Positions 1 to 7,838 of a stretch of 52,691 nt of DNA are shown here, one piece after another. Each line of letters starts with the position of its first letter. Position 1 is the stretch's first letter. Made by a program: the position numbers and the translations under genes. The DNA is from Candidatus Daviesbacteria bacterium (GTDB lineage: Bacteria; Patescibacteriota; Microgenomatia; Daviesbacterales; UBA10151): positions 1-52,691 of the forward strand of contig JACPEW010000003.1 in the NCBI GenBank assembly GCA_016183305.1, read 5' to 3'. The notes beneath the pieces were generated by a model, which saw only the letters and a program-made list of their open reading frames with translations, did no database searches and was not told the DNA's origin.

Positions 1-250
1 TATCTGGATATGGTAGTAACATTCCGAGCGGTTATGGTGCCAAAACCAAATATCTCCATCAAGGTTAGCCACATCCCTACCACTCTAACACACTGGCGGT
101 AACTCTGTGGCAGAGACCACAGAGAGTCTTTCATCCTTGAATCAAACTTATTTTTATGTATTGCAAAATAGAGATTAGTTATGTCATGCTTAACCCAGTA
201 TTGACTTTTAAATACCAATTATTAATATAGGAGGTGATAAAACTAAACCG

Positions 251-505
251 ATGAATGTTGTAACTTTTGATAAATCCGCGCGTAAATTCATTCTAGAATC
301 CTTTAACAAAACTATTGATGGGGAAGGATATATAGTGGAAGGATCAAATATCAAGCAAAGGGTGCTATCCTCTGATGGTGATGTAATAAGAGAAAATGAA
401 TTTGCTGGAGTTAAAAAAGGTTCTGAAGTATTTATAAAATCAGACTTGCTCTCAATTATTGAATTGTCTGACCAGCTTCAGGATTCAGATGAAAATCCTC
501 GATAA
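251..505 (+). CDS. hypothetical protein (84 aa)
   Basis: Open frame with GGAGGTGA at 230-237 upstream; globular composition; no recognisable motif. Confidence 0.65.
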   Translation: MNVVTFDKSARKFILESFNKTIDGEGYIVEGSNIKQRVLSSDGDVIRENEFAGVKKGSEVFIKSDLLSIIELSDQLQDSDENPR

Positions 506-1118
506 GCTCTCCAGTATTATCAATATCGATCTCACTGGCCTTAAAAGTTTTAGGATTCATATATTTAATAATAATTCATCCAAAACAAACATTATCAAAA
601 ACAGTAAGGTAAGTGTTATCCAAATAAATATTGGAGAATTAAATAGAACTTTCTTAAAGGAGCTGGGGCAAGTACTAAACAGGGTGGTAAACAAAGATAA
701 TGGTTTAGTTCTAGGAGATGACTCGCAAAAATTATTGCAAAATTTTCAGGTTGTTGATTCAAAATCCCGGACCCAGAAGGAAATTGAATACTTTATCTGA
801 TATTATAGCCAGGTTTGGCGAGAGAGGAAAGAATATATGCAATCTTTACACTGCCGGATATTTTGATTCTCAAATAAAACCTCTTTACGAAGAAGTTGGG
901 ACTTCGGATTTATTGCAGTTTAATCAAATCTATGAACAGATCGTTACAGAGTCCCCTTACGCAGTCTTTATCCATGCAGAAATGTCTGTTAAAAACGTAG
1001 GAGAAACAGTTAAGCAAAAAATGGAAATTAGCAAAAAATATGGCATTAAATACCTTAATATTCATGGTATTGGAAAAGATAATGTAGATAAAATAACTAT
1101 TCTAATAAAAGAATTCAT
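489..1118 (+). pseudogene. hypothetical protein, frameshifted near 795 and 3'-truncated near 1118
   Basis: MKILDK frame from 489 stops at 800 (EIEYFI*). A second frame continues DIIARFGERGKNICNLYTAGYF...LNIHGIGKDNV and runs straight into antisense upp sequence at about 1118. Confidence 0.55.
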
Positions 1119-1583
1119 GATCCTGATTTCTTTTGTTTTTTCTAACTTGAGCTTTCTTAAAACATATAAAATTGATCCTCCGGTGACAATCATTGGATCC
1201 AAAATTAACACTATTTGATTTTCGGCTACCGGCACTTTCCAATAATACTCCTTAGCTATTGCTGTTTTCTCATCACGCACTAATCCTGCAAATCCTACCT
1301 TGGCATTTGGTAAGAGTTCCAAGGCAGGAGTAAGCATAGCAACCCCTGCCCGGAGAACTGGAATAAGAATAAATTCATCAGCTATTCTTTTAACCTGGAT
1401 TTTCTCAAATTCAGTGAAAGCTTCCATCTCCTTTAACTTCAGTCCGTCTAAAGCTCCGCTTATCAGTATTTTAATTAAACGGTCAGCAAAATAGCGGAAA
1501 GCCTTAATATCACTTTTTTTATCCCTTAGATATCCTAAAGCATCAGCAACATAATAATTATTAGACACAATCACCTTTTTCAT
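1062..1583 (-). pseudogene. upp: uracil phosphoribosyltransferase, C-terminally truncated
   Basis: LRDK..FR, IPVLRAGVAM, GLVRDEKT and PRPP motif LILDPMIVTGGS are present. Similarity stops after KTKEIRI (about 1119); the C-terminal YIVPGLGDAGDR-type uracil loop is absent. Confidence 0.85.
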
Positions 1584-2026
1584 CTGATTATTTGCCTTGT
1601 TTTCCTCATTCTTTTAGTTAGTTTTTGATTAATCTCATCAGCAATTTTCCCGCTGTGTATTAGCACATCATTGATAGGAATGTTCAACTCTGTTATAAAT
1701 TTTCCTTTGACCATTTTATTTAAAGGATAAAGTAAATGAACCCTCATTTTAGGAATAAGTTCTTCATGACCTCCTAAGATTATAAAGCTGATATTTTTTC
1801 CTTTAATAAAAACTTGAGTCTCCTTAGCAATATATTGCAGGTGATAATGCAAATGTTGCTCAATATGCCTAAAAATCTTGTCATCCCTGCCGTAATCAAT
1901 TTTTTTAGCCTTAACGTTTTGAGGCACCTCTCCATCAAAAATAGTTTTTTGTTCTAACAGTTTTCCCTCACTAACTATCAGCAGTATGGCTTTTTCCCTA
2001 TCTGCCAGCAAAACCAAATATCTCAA
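1580..2026 (-). CDS. baeRF1-family / host-attachment (eRF1 domain-2-like) protein
   Basis: YLVLLADREKAILL start, RHIEQHLHYHLQYIA helix and IILGGHEELIPK match the family pattern from memory; located next to an HPF-like gene. Confidence 0.55.
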   Translation of the reverse strand: MRYLVLLADREKAILLIVSEGKLLEQKTIFDGEVPQNVKAKKIDYGRDDKIFRHIEQHLHYHLQYIAKETQVFIKGKNISFIILGGHEELIPKMRVHLLYPLNKMVKGKFITELNIPINDVLIHSGKIADEINQKLTKRMRKTRQIIR

Positions 2027-2442
2027 ACTAAATCTCCTCTTATTGAGTTTCTATCTGAATATTCACTGTCTGAGGGAAAATGCAGGTCTTTGTATTTTCC
2101 CAATTCTATAAACAAGCGGTGGAAACCTGTATCAAGACATTCCTCAATAGTTACCCCTTTGAAATGAGTATAAAACCTGTTTTTATTAAGACTGATGGTC
2201 AAAGATCCTTCAAAATTAGCTAAGGCAGTTTTATCATCAGCATAAGTTTTATGAGTGTGCCGGTGAACCCTTGGAGGATGATATCTGTCAATATTGCTTA
2301 CAATAATTAACCTAAGCACCAATAAATCAGGCTCAACATCAGGCAGCATTCTCTCTATTTTGGCTGCCTGCTTATTAATATATTGCCTTGATTTATCAGA
2401 AATTTGGCAGTTTTTGGGTTCATGCAGAACTGAACGTATCAA
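2023..2442 (-). CDS. HPF/RaiA-like ribosome hibernation factor
   Basis: KNCQISDKSRQYINKQAAKIERML N-terminus and terminal helix IEECLDTGFHRLFIELGKYK resemble the S30AE/HPF fold. Confidence 0.6.
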   Translation of the reverse strand: MIRSVLHEPKNCQISDKSRQYINKQAAKIERMLPDVEPDLLVLRLIIVSNIDRYHPPRVHRHTHKTYADDKTALANFEGSLTISLNKNRFYTHFKGVTIEECLDTGFHRLFIELGKYKDLHFPSDSEYSDRNSIRGDLV

Positions 2443-2508
2443 GGTTTTACCAAAACCTTACACAGTTCATATCCTGTTTTATTGAAATTGATGCATAGTG
2501 GCATTTAG

Positions 2509-3207
2509 GTGATGAAAAATCTTGACACACCAAAGGACAACCGGGATAAAAAATACAATGTTTATATTCTGGCAGACAGTGTTTTTTTAGAAGGAGTGCT
2601 CCGCGTTCCCCATAACCCCAGGGGAGTAGTGTTGTTTGCTCATGGCAGCGGCAGTGGCAGGCATAGTCCCAGAAACAATTATGTGGCAGGTATATTGAGA
2701 AGAGCCAGGATTGCCACACTGCTATTTGACCTGCTAACTAAAGAGGAAGATTTAGTTTATGCAAACAGGTTCAATATCGGGTTGTTGACTCAAAGGTTAA
2801 TCCAAGCTACAAAATGGATTCAAAAAAATCCTGATGTTCAAGGCTTAAAAATTGGTTATTTTGGAGCCTCAACCGGGACTGCAGCTGCCTTAAAAGCTGC
2901 AAGCAGGATAGGCAGTGATGTCAGGGCAGTTATCTCAAGGGGAGGCAGGCCAGATTTAGCAATGGATGAGATAAAAAATGTGAAATCCCCTACCCTGCTT
3001 ATTGTTGGTGAAGAAGATCCTCAAGTTTTAGGACTTAATCAGCAGGCTTATCAGGCTTTAAATACTACAAAAAAACTGGAGGTTATCCCGGCAGCTACTC
3101 ATCTTTTTGAAGAACCAGGCACCTTAGAAAAAGTCTCAGAACTGGCCTCAGATTGGTTTAAAAAATACCTAGCTCATAATTTTAAAGAGGCCTTCAGGAA
3201 TATATGA
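2509..3207 (+). CDS. dienelactone hydrolase-family alpha/beta hydrolase
   Basis: VLFAHGSGSGRHSPRN, GYFGASTGTAAAL nucleophile elbow, VISRGGRPDLA, PTLLIVG, ATHLFEEPG. Confidence 0.9.
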   Translation: MMKNLDTPKDNRDKKYNVYILADSVFLEGVLRVPHNPRGVVLFAHGSGSGRHSPRNNYVAGILRRARIATLLFDLLTKEEDLVYANRFNIGLLTQRLIQATKWIQKNPDVQGLKIGYFGASTGTAAALKAASRIGSDVRAVISRGGRPDLAMDEIKNVKSPTLLIVGEEDPQVLGLNQQAYQALNTTKKLEVIPAATHLFEEPGTLEKVSELASDWFKKYLAHNFKEAFRNI

Positions 3208-3220
3208 TATTATTATAACT

Positions 3221-3469
3221 ATGCCAAAACCTAGGATTAAAAGAATTGAACCGGAAGACCAAAAACACCAAAAAGCCTTAGATGAGGACATCAAAACAGG
3301 CGAGCAGTCTATCAGTGGGTCTTCCCCAGACCCTGAGTCTGATGATAATACTTTAGATGCAGCCCACGGGGCTGGATTATATGAGGACCAGGATGAGGAA
3401 CACCCAGGAGAGCTGGGAATTGACCAGGAGATCCACAAAAATGAACTAGAACACCAGGAAAAAGATTAA
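3221..3469 (+). CDS. small acidic protein (DUF6335-like, tentative)
   Basis: 82 aa, very D/E-rich; GEQSISGSSPDPESDD..LDAAHGAGL segment. Confidence 0.55.
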   Translation: MPKPRIKRIEPEDQKHQKALDEDIKTGEQSISGSSPDPESDDNTLDAAHGAGLYEDQDEEHPGELGIDQEIHKNELEHQEKD

Positions 3470-5310
3470 AGCCCGATTTTTCTGATCCTGATGTTTTTTG
3501 GGGTTACTTCTACCAATTCTGTATCATCAATATATTCAATAGCATTCTCTAAGCTCATAATTTTTGGAGTGTTAAAATGCTCTGATGTACCTTCACCTGA
3601 AGACCTGTGATTGGTTTGCTGTTTTTCTTTACAGACATTTATAGCAATATCATCTCCCCTGGAGTTCATACCAATAACCTGCCCTCTATAAACTTCTGCT
3701 CCTGGCCCTATGAATAAAGCTCCCCTGTCCTGGGCTCCTGTTAAAGCATAGAGTTTAGTAATTCCCCCTTCATGTACTACCAAAGACCCATTAGACCTCT
3801 CAAACTTTCCTTGAGCGGATTCCCTGTATTCTAAAAATGAGCTGTTGAGTATTCCCAAACCCTTAGTATCAGTCATAAACTGGCTTCTGTAGCCAAAAAA
3901 TTCCTTGGTGGCAATGCAAAATAAAAGATAAACAATCCCGTTCTCTGTATTCATGTCCAGCAGTTCCCCATGCCTTAGGCCCATTTTCTGCATCACAGTT
4001 CCTGATAAACTTCCCGGTACTTCAATTGCTACTTTTTCAAAAGGAGTCATTAACTTTCCACCAACTACTTTTTCTATAACCTGTGGTTTGCCAACCTGGA
4101 ACTCATACCCTTCTCTTCTTAGCCTTTCAATTAAAATAGCAAGATGCAGCTCTCCCCTGCCGCTAACATCCAAAGTACCTGAGGGTCCATCTTCTACCTT
4201 TAAAGCCACATCAGCCTCAGCTGCTTTAAATAACCTTTCCCTAATTTGCCTGGCTGTTTTAAATTCGCCTTCCCTGCCTGCAAAAGGCGAAGTATTAACC
4301 CCAAAATTCATCTTAACTGTTGATCCTTCTATATCCAAAACTGGTAAGGCCACTGGATTTATAGGATCAGCTATGGTTTCTCCAATGGTAATATCTGGAA
4401 TGCCTGAAAGAGCAATAATATCTCCAGCATGAGCTTCTTTGATATCTATCCTGTCCAAGCCCTCAAAGCCCATTAAAGAGGTGAGCCTAAACTTTTTAAT
4501 CATACCTTCCCTATTGATATGAGCCACTTCCTGGCCTGCTTTTAAAATCCCACTATAAACCCTGCCTGTGGCTATCCTGCCTTTAAAATTATCATAGATG
4601 GTGTTGGTAATTAAAACCTGCAAAGGGTTTTCCACATCATTTAAGGGAGCAGGAATATGTTCTAAAACAGCATCAAAAATAGGGGCAATATCATCCATCT
4701 TGGATAAATCAGGCTCAAGTCCTGCCTTACCTAGTTTTCCGGAAGCATAAACAATAGGGAAAAAGGCAGTTTCCTCATCAGCCCCTAACTCAACAAATAG
4801 ATCGAATGTTTTACTTATCGTTCTATCAATCAGAGAATCAAAGGTTTTACCTTTGTCGCCAGACAAAGGCAAGCTTTGCTTATTAATTACATAATCTATC
4901 CTGGCATCAGGTTTATCTATTTTATTTATAACTACAATAACTTTGTGTCCCATTTCCAAAGCTTTTTTTAAAACAAACCTGGTTTGAGGCATAGGCCCTT
5001 CCTTAGCATCAACCAAAAGCAAACAACCATCAGCCATTTTTAAAACCCTTTCCACTTCCCCTCCAAAATCAGCATGGCCAGGAGTATCAATAATATTGAT
5101 TTTGGTGTCTTTCCAGTTGATAGAGGCATTTTTGGAAAAAATAGTAATTCCTCTTTCTTTTTCTAAGTCATTGGAATCCATGATTAAATCAGCAGCCTCA
5201 TTAAACTGCTTACTAAGGTGGGTTTGAGATTGCCTCAATAAGGCATCTACTAAAGTGGTTTTGCCATGGTCAACATGGGCAATTATTGCTACATTACGTA
5301 TGTTAGTCAT
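3466..5310 (-). CDS. typA: translational GTPase TypA/BipA
   Basis: IRNVAIIAHVDHGKTTLVD, ERGITI, DTPGHADFGGEVER, NKID, GRGELHLAILIE, EYIDDTELVEVTP. Confidence 0.97.
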   Translation of the reverse strand: MTNIRNVAIIAHVDHGKTTLVDALLRQSQTHLSKQFNEAADLIMDSNDLEKERGITIFSKNASINWKDTKINIIDTPGHADFGGEVERVLKMADGCLLLVDAKEGPMPQTRFVLKKALEMGHKVIVVINKIDKPDARIDYVINKQSLPLSGDKGKTFDSLIDRTISKTFDLFVELGADEETAFFPIVYASGKLGKAGLEPDLSKMDDIAPIFDAVLEHIPAPLNDVENPLQVLITNTIYDNFKGRIATGRVYSGILKAGQEVAHINREGMIKKFRLTSLMGFEGLDRIDIKEAHAGDIIALSGIPDITIGETIADPINPVALPVLDIEGSTVKMNFGVNTSPFAGREGEFKTARQIRERLFKAAEADVALKVEDGPSGTLDVSGRGELHLAILIERLRREGYEFQVGKPQVIEKVVGGKLMTPFEKVAIEVPGSLSGTVMQKMGLRHGELLDMNTENGIVYLLFCIATKEFFGYRSQFMTDTKGLGILNSSFLEYRESAQGKFERSNGSLVVHEGGITKLYALTGAQDRGALFIGPGAEVYRGQVIGMNSRGDDIAINVCKEKQQTNHRSSGEGTSEHFNTPKIMSLENAIEYIDDTELVEVTPKNIRIRKIGL

Positions 5311-5323
5311 AATTTATATTCCA

Positions 5324-5348
5324 ACAAAAAAACCGCTCTAAGCGGTTT
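5324..5348 (-). terminator. intrinsic terminator-like hairpin in the typA 5' region
   Basis: Minus strand reads AAACCGC-TTAGA-GCGGTTT followed by a T-run. Confidence 0.6.
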
Positions 5349-5404
5349 CTTAGCAGGTGAACGTATTTTACCACTTTAAGCTCACAATAACAACTTCTCC
5401 CTTC

Positions 5405-5451
5405 TGTCATTCCGGGCGGTTAACTCGCTTCGCGAAGCGAGCGGGGAATCT
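5405..5451. repeat. GTCAT-type REP-like palindromic element, copy 1
   Basis: TGTCATTCCGGGCGGTTAACTCGCTTCGCGAAGCGAGCGGGGAATCT; shares GTCATyCyGrGCGGTTArCyCGCTTCGC with 51166-51206. Confidence 0.75.
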
Positions 5452-6133
5452 TCCTAGTAAATACACTGGCAAACAAAATTATAAAAAGATCTAAAATAGT
5501 TGGAACCATTAAATAGAGACCAGCTTGTTTGAAAAATTTAATCAAAAACTGCAGATTTAGCTGGGAAAGATAAACCCAAAAGTTTTGCAACAAAGCTTTA
5601 TCGAGAAAATAAACAGCCGTCAAAATAGCAAAAAATAAGATTAAAATTGTGGCTGCAAAAATAATGGTACCTTCCAAATCTTTTTTTGAGGAAAACATGG
5701 TATTACCTATTTCAAAAATCAAGTATAAAGCCAAGGTTGTCTGCCACCAGGGGATAGTACCCTCCCCTATTGGGACTAATAGAAAAATAGAAAATATCAA
5801 AATTAAGCCAAATAACACTGGCGCCACACCAACTATACTTCTTCTTAAAGGATCAGTTTTACCAATCTGCACACTACCCAATTTTACATTTTCCCCCTCA
5901 ATTCCTGGAATTACATTCATCTCTCCAACAGGTATCAGCATTACCCCAGCAAATAACAAATGAGCCAGTTCATGAATAATAGTTCCAGGTAAAAACAAAA
6001 TAGCCAGAACCCTTACTACTGTGTTACGATTATTAGTAAACCTATATACCACCTGAGCCAAACTATTAACCAGTTTTTTAGACAAAACAAAAAGTAAAAC
6101 AAGCTCAAAAATAAATAACATAAAATACAGCAT
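5420..6133 (-). CDS. membrane protein with HExxH motif (M50-like zinc metalloprotease)
   Basis: LFLPGTIIHELAHLL, LGSVQI and GVAPVLFG motifs; several hydrophobic segments. Confidence 0.7.
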   Translation of the reverse strand: MLYFMLFIFELVLLFVLSKKLVNSLAQVVYRFTNNRNTVVRVLAILFLPGTIIHELAHLLFAGVMLIPVGEMNVIPGIEGENVKLGSVQIGKTDPLRRSIVGVAPVLFGLILIFSIFLLVPIGEGTIPWWQTTLALYLIFEIGNTMFSSKKDLEGTIIFAATILILFFAILTAVYFLDKALLQNFWVYLSQLNLQFLIKFFKQAGLYLMVPTILDLFIILFASVFTRKIPRSLREAS

Positions 6134-6159
6134 TAGGATTTAGTATATCAGTTCTCATC

Positions 6160-6222
6160 TGTCATTCCGAGTGAAACGGGGATCCCCGATGGAGAATACC
6201 ACTGGGACCGTTCAGGATGACA
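6160..6222. repeat. GTCAT-type REP-like element, copy 2
   Basis: TGTCATTCCGAG at 6160 and TTCAGGATGACA at 6211-6222 form imperfect terminal inverted repeats. Confidence 0.6.
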
Positions 6223-6273
6223 ACTGGGTGAAACTAGAGATTTTACAGGTAACTTGTTAGAATATACAACGAT

Positions 6274-6345
6274 GGGCCGCTAGCTCAATGGTAGAGCACT
6301 TCCCTCTTAAGGAATAGGTTCTCGGTCCGAATCCGAGGCGGCTCA
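6274..6345 (+). tRNA. tRNA-Lys (CTT)
   Basis: Acceptor GGGCCGC/GCGGCTC, D-arm GCTC/GAGC, anticodon loop CT-CTT-AA, T-arm CTCGG/CCGAG with loop TCCGAAT; CCA not encoded. Confidence 0.93.
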
Positions 6346-6508
6346 CAGACAAGTTTTTAGACTCAGTGTAGTCTTCGTTTAGCTTGAATAGACAAGCTAA
6401 TTTGGATGTTCCAGACTTTAAATCATCATAAGCCGGTAGTTTTTTAAAAATCAACCCAAACATAGCAGCGTTTTGATGGGGATCAGGGCTTCCTAGCAGT
6501 AAATCTTT
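6346..6508 (-). pseudogene. C-terminal remnant of a probable site-specific (large serine) recombinase
   Basis: KDLLLGSPDPHQNAAMFGLIFKKLPAYDDLKSGTSKLACLFKLNEDY resembles, from memory, the C-termini of CPR tRNA-adjacent recombinases; it reads toward the tRNA and has an upstream in-frame stop. Confidence 0.45.
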
Positions 6509-6560
6509 TCAGAAAGAAATCTCCTCTAAACAGCCAAAAAGTAATTATCAATATAGTTTT

Positions 6561-6698
6561 ATTTCTCCACAGGGTGCGGTCTTTGCTGCGACGGTTGCCG
6601 TAGCTGTTGTTGTTGTTGCCTGCCCTCATGCCTTGGGTCTGGCTATTCCCACAGTTACTACTATTACTTCTACTCTTGGGGCCAAAAATGGAATTTTA
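6561..6698 (+). pseudogene. fragment of heavy-metal P1B-type ATPase (CPH motif, CopB-like)
   Basis: Own translation: ISPQGAVFAATVAVAVVVVACPHALGLAIPTVTTITSTLGAKNGIL (CPH codons at 6621-6629); no DKTGT or other domains nearby. Confidence 0.88.
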
Positions 6699-6873
6699 AC
6701 AGTCTTCCGCGGGCTGAAAGCCCGCGGTTTTCTTTGAAAGTTTACAAGAAACTACAGAAAACCCTATCCAGACCTACCACCTGCCCCGCGGAAGACTGTA
6801 ATCACAAAAGCATTCATCCCCGCTTAACGCACCCAATTTGTTTTACAAATTGCAAGAAAGCGGGGTTTTCTGC
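6699..6873. mobile_element. non-autonomous IS200/IS605-like element (ends only, no ORF)
   Basis: Starts right after TTTTA and interrupts the ATPase fragment. Hairpin CCGCGGGC-TGAAA-GCCCGCGG (6707-6727), 15-bp inverted repeat 6699-6713/6785-6799, and right-end-like CATTCATCCCCGC...GCGGGGTTTTCTGCT (6811-6873). Confidence 0.6.
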
Positions 6874-6904
6874 TAGTGATTATAAAACAGAAATTAACAA
6901 AAGT

Positions 6905-7147
6905 TTAATAATTTGCTTCTGCATATTGGTGAGGATTTTTATCAAACCCGGCTTTACAATTTTCAGAGCAGAAACCATATTCCTTGCCCTTATAAGTGCT
7001 TTTAAATTCAAGTCTTTGAGGATTCAAGCTTTGCTTATATTTTGTCTTTTCCAAATTAACCTTTGTTCCACAAACCGGGTCTTTAACTTCGTTTATTTCT
7101 TCATCAACCTTTTTGGCAATATTCTGTACAATCTTGGGTAGCTTCAT
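6905..7147 (-). CDS. YHS-domain protein
   Basis: KDPVCG...YKGKEYGFCSENCK..FDKNPHQY; start placed at ATG 7147 behind GGAGGTGA (7153-7160). Confidence 0.88.
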   Translation of the reverse strand: MKLPKIVQNIAKKVDEEINEVKDPVCGTKVNLEKTKYKQSLNPQRLEFKSTYKGKEYGFCSENCKAGFDKNPHQYAEANY

Positions 7148-7167
7148 CAAAATCACCTCCTCCCAGG

Positions 7168-7833
7168 TTATAGTTTGTCGACCTCTCCTGCCAGTTCCTG
7201 ATTTCTTACAGCCATCTGGACATCATCTCTGGCAAATTTAATTATTCCCTCCTTATTAATTAAAACATAACTGTGTCCCGGAAACTGGCCTTTATGCATT
7301 GATGATGGAAGAGTTAAAACTCCGTATTGTTGGGAAACCTGTCTGTTGCTGTCAAAAAGTACTGTTGACCCTGCAAGCTCCGGCATCTTATCTATTGCCT
7401 GTTTCCAGTTGTTTTTGGGATCAACCGTAATGTTTAACACTACCGCTTTATTTTGCAGCTCGGTATCCTTACCGAAAGCAGCAATCTGATTCCAACAGGC
7501 CGGATAACACATTAGCCCCTCATTAAAAAAAAGTATGACATTTTTACCTTTTAGTCCGCTTAAAGTAATCTTTTTTCCATTATAACTTTCCAGAGTAAAA
7601 TCAGGTGCCGGTTTGCCAATTAGTCCGTTAAAAACAGCCGCATCAACAGAGACTCCTCCTCCATGATGATCTGCCATGGAGTTAACCTGTGCTGCTCCGG
7701 TTGCTTGTTGACCGGCAGAAACTTCATCTCCCTTGCTGTTTATGTTTATCTGTACATTAAAGTTGCTGACAAGCAATATCAAGGCTAGTACTACTCCGGT
7801 ACCTAAAATTGCAATCCATCCAGTTTTGTTCAT
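7168..7833 (-). CDS. membrane-anchored AhpC/TSA-like thioredoxin-fold protein with CxxxC (CYPAC)
   Basis: APDFTLESY..LSGLKGKNVILFF-NEGLMCYPACW; N-terminal TM; MADHHGG; start at ATG 7833 behind GGAGGTGA. Confidence 0.85.
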   Translation of the reverse strand: MNKTGWIAILGTGVVLALILLVSNFNVQININSKGDEVSAGQQATGAAQVNSMADHHGGGVSVDAAVFNGLIGKPAPDFTLESYNGKKITLSGLKGKNVILFFNEGLMCYPACWNQIAAFGKDTELQNKAVVLNITVDPKNNWKQAIDKMPELAGSTVLFDSNRQVSQQYGVLTLPSSMHKGQFPGHSYVLINKEGIIKFARDDVQMAVRNQELAGEVDKL

Positions 7834-7838
7834 TAAAA

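Noticed and set aside
1-135. Possible gene end at the window edge, including an LCGLCHR (HNH-like) peptide on the minus strand
   Set aside because: Short frames in several phases; none can be supported without upstream sequence.
3953-4432. Antisense ORFs in the track (e.g. 1300-1494, 3953-4432, 5649-5963, 20116-20412, 20781-21116, 31551-31877, 34071-35450, 38127-38453, 51941-52198)
   Set aside because: They shadow well-supported genes on the opposite strand and show no motifs.
5340-5365. GTTCACC...AAACCGC resemblance to a fluoride riboswitch
   Set aside because: The 5' GATG pseudoknot segment and 3' GCTGATGAC are absent; no fluoride-related gene follows.
6257-6463. 68-aa ORF as an intact CDS
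   Set aside because: It reads through the tRNA antisense; only the part outside the tRNA is kept as a remnant.
6604-6618. GTT repeat as a microsatellite
   Set aside because: It is the poly-Val run before CPH in the ATPase fragment.
6734-7141. 135-aa plus-strand ORF as a transposase
   Set aside because: No TnpA/TnpB motifs; it spans the IS relic and the YHS antisense strand.
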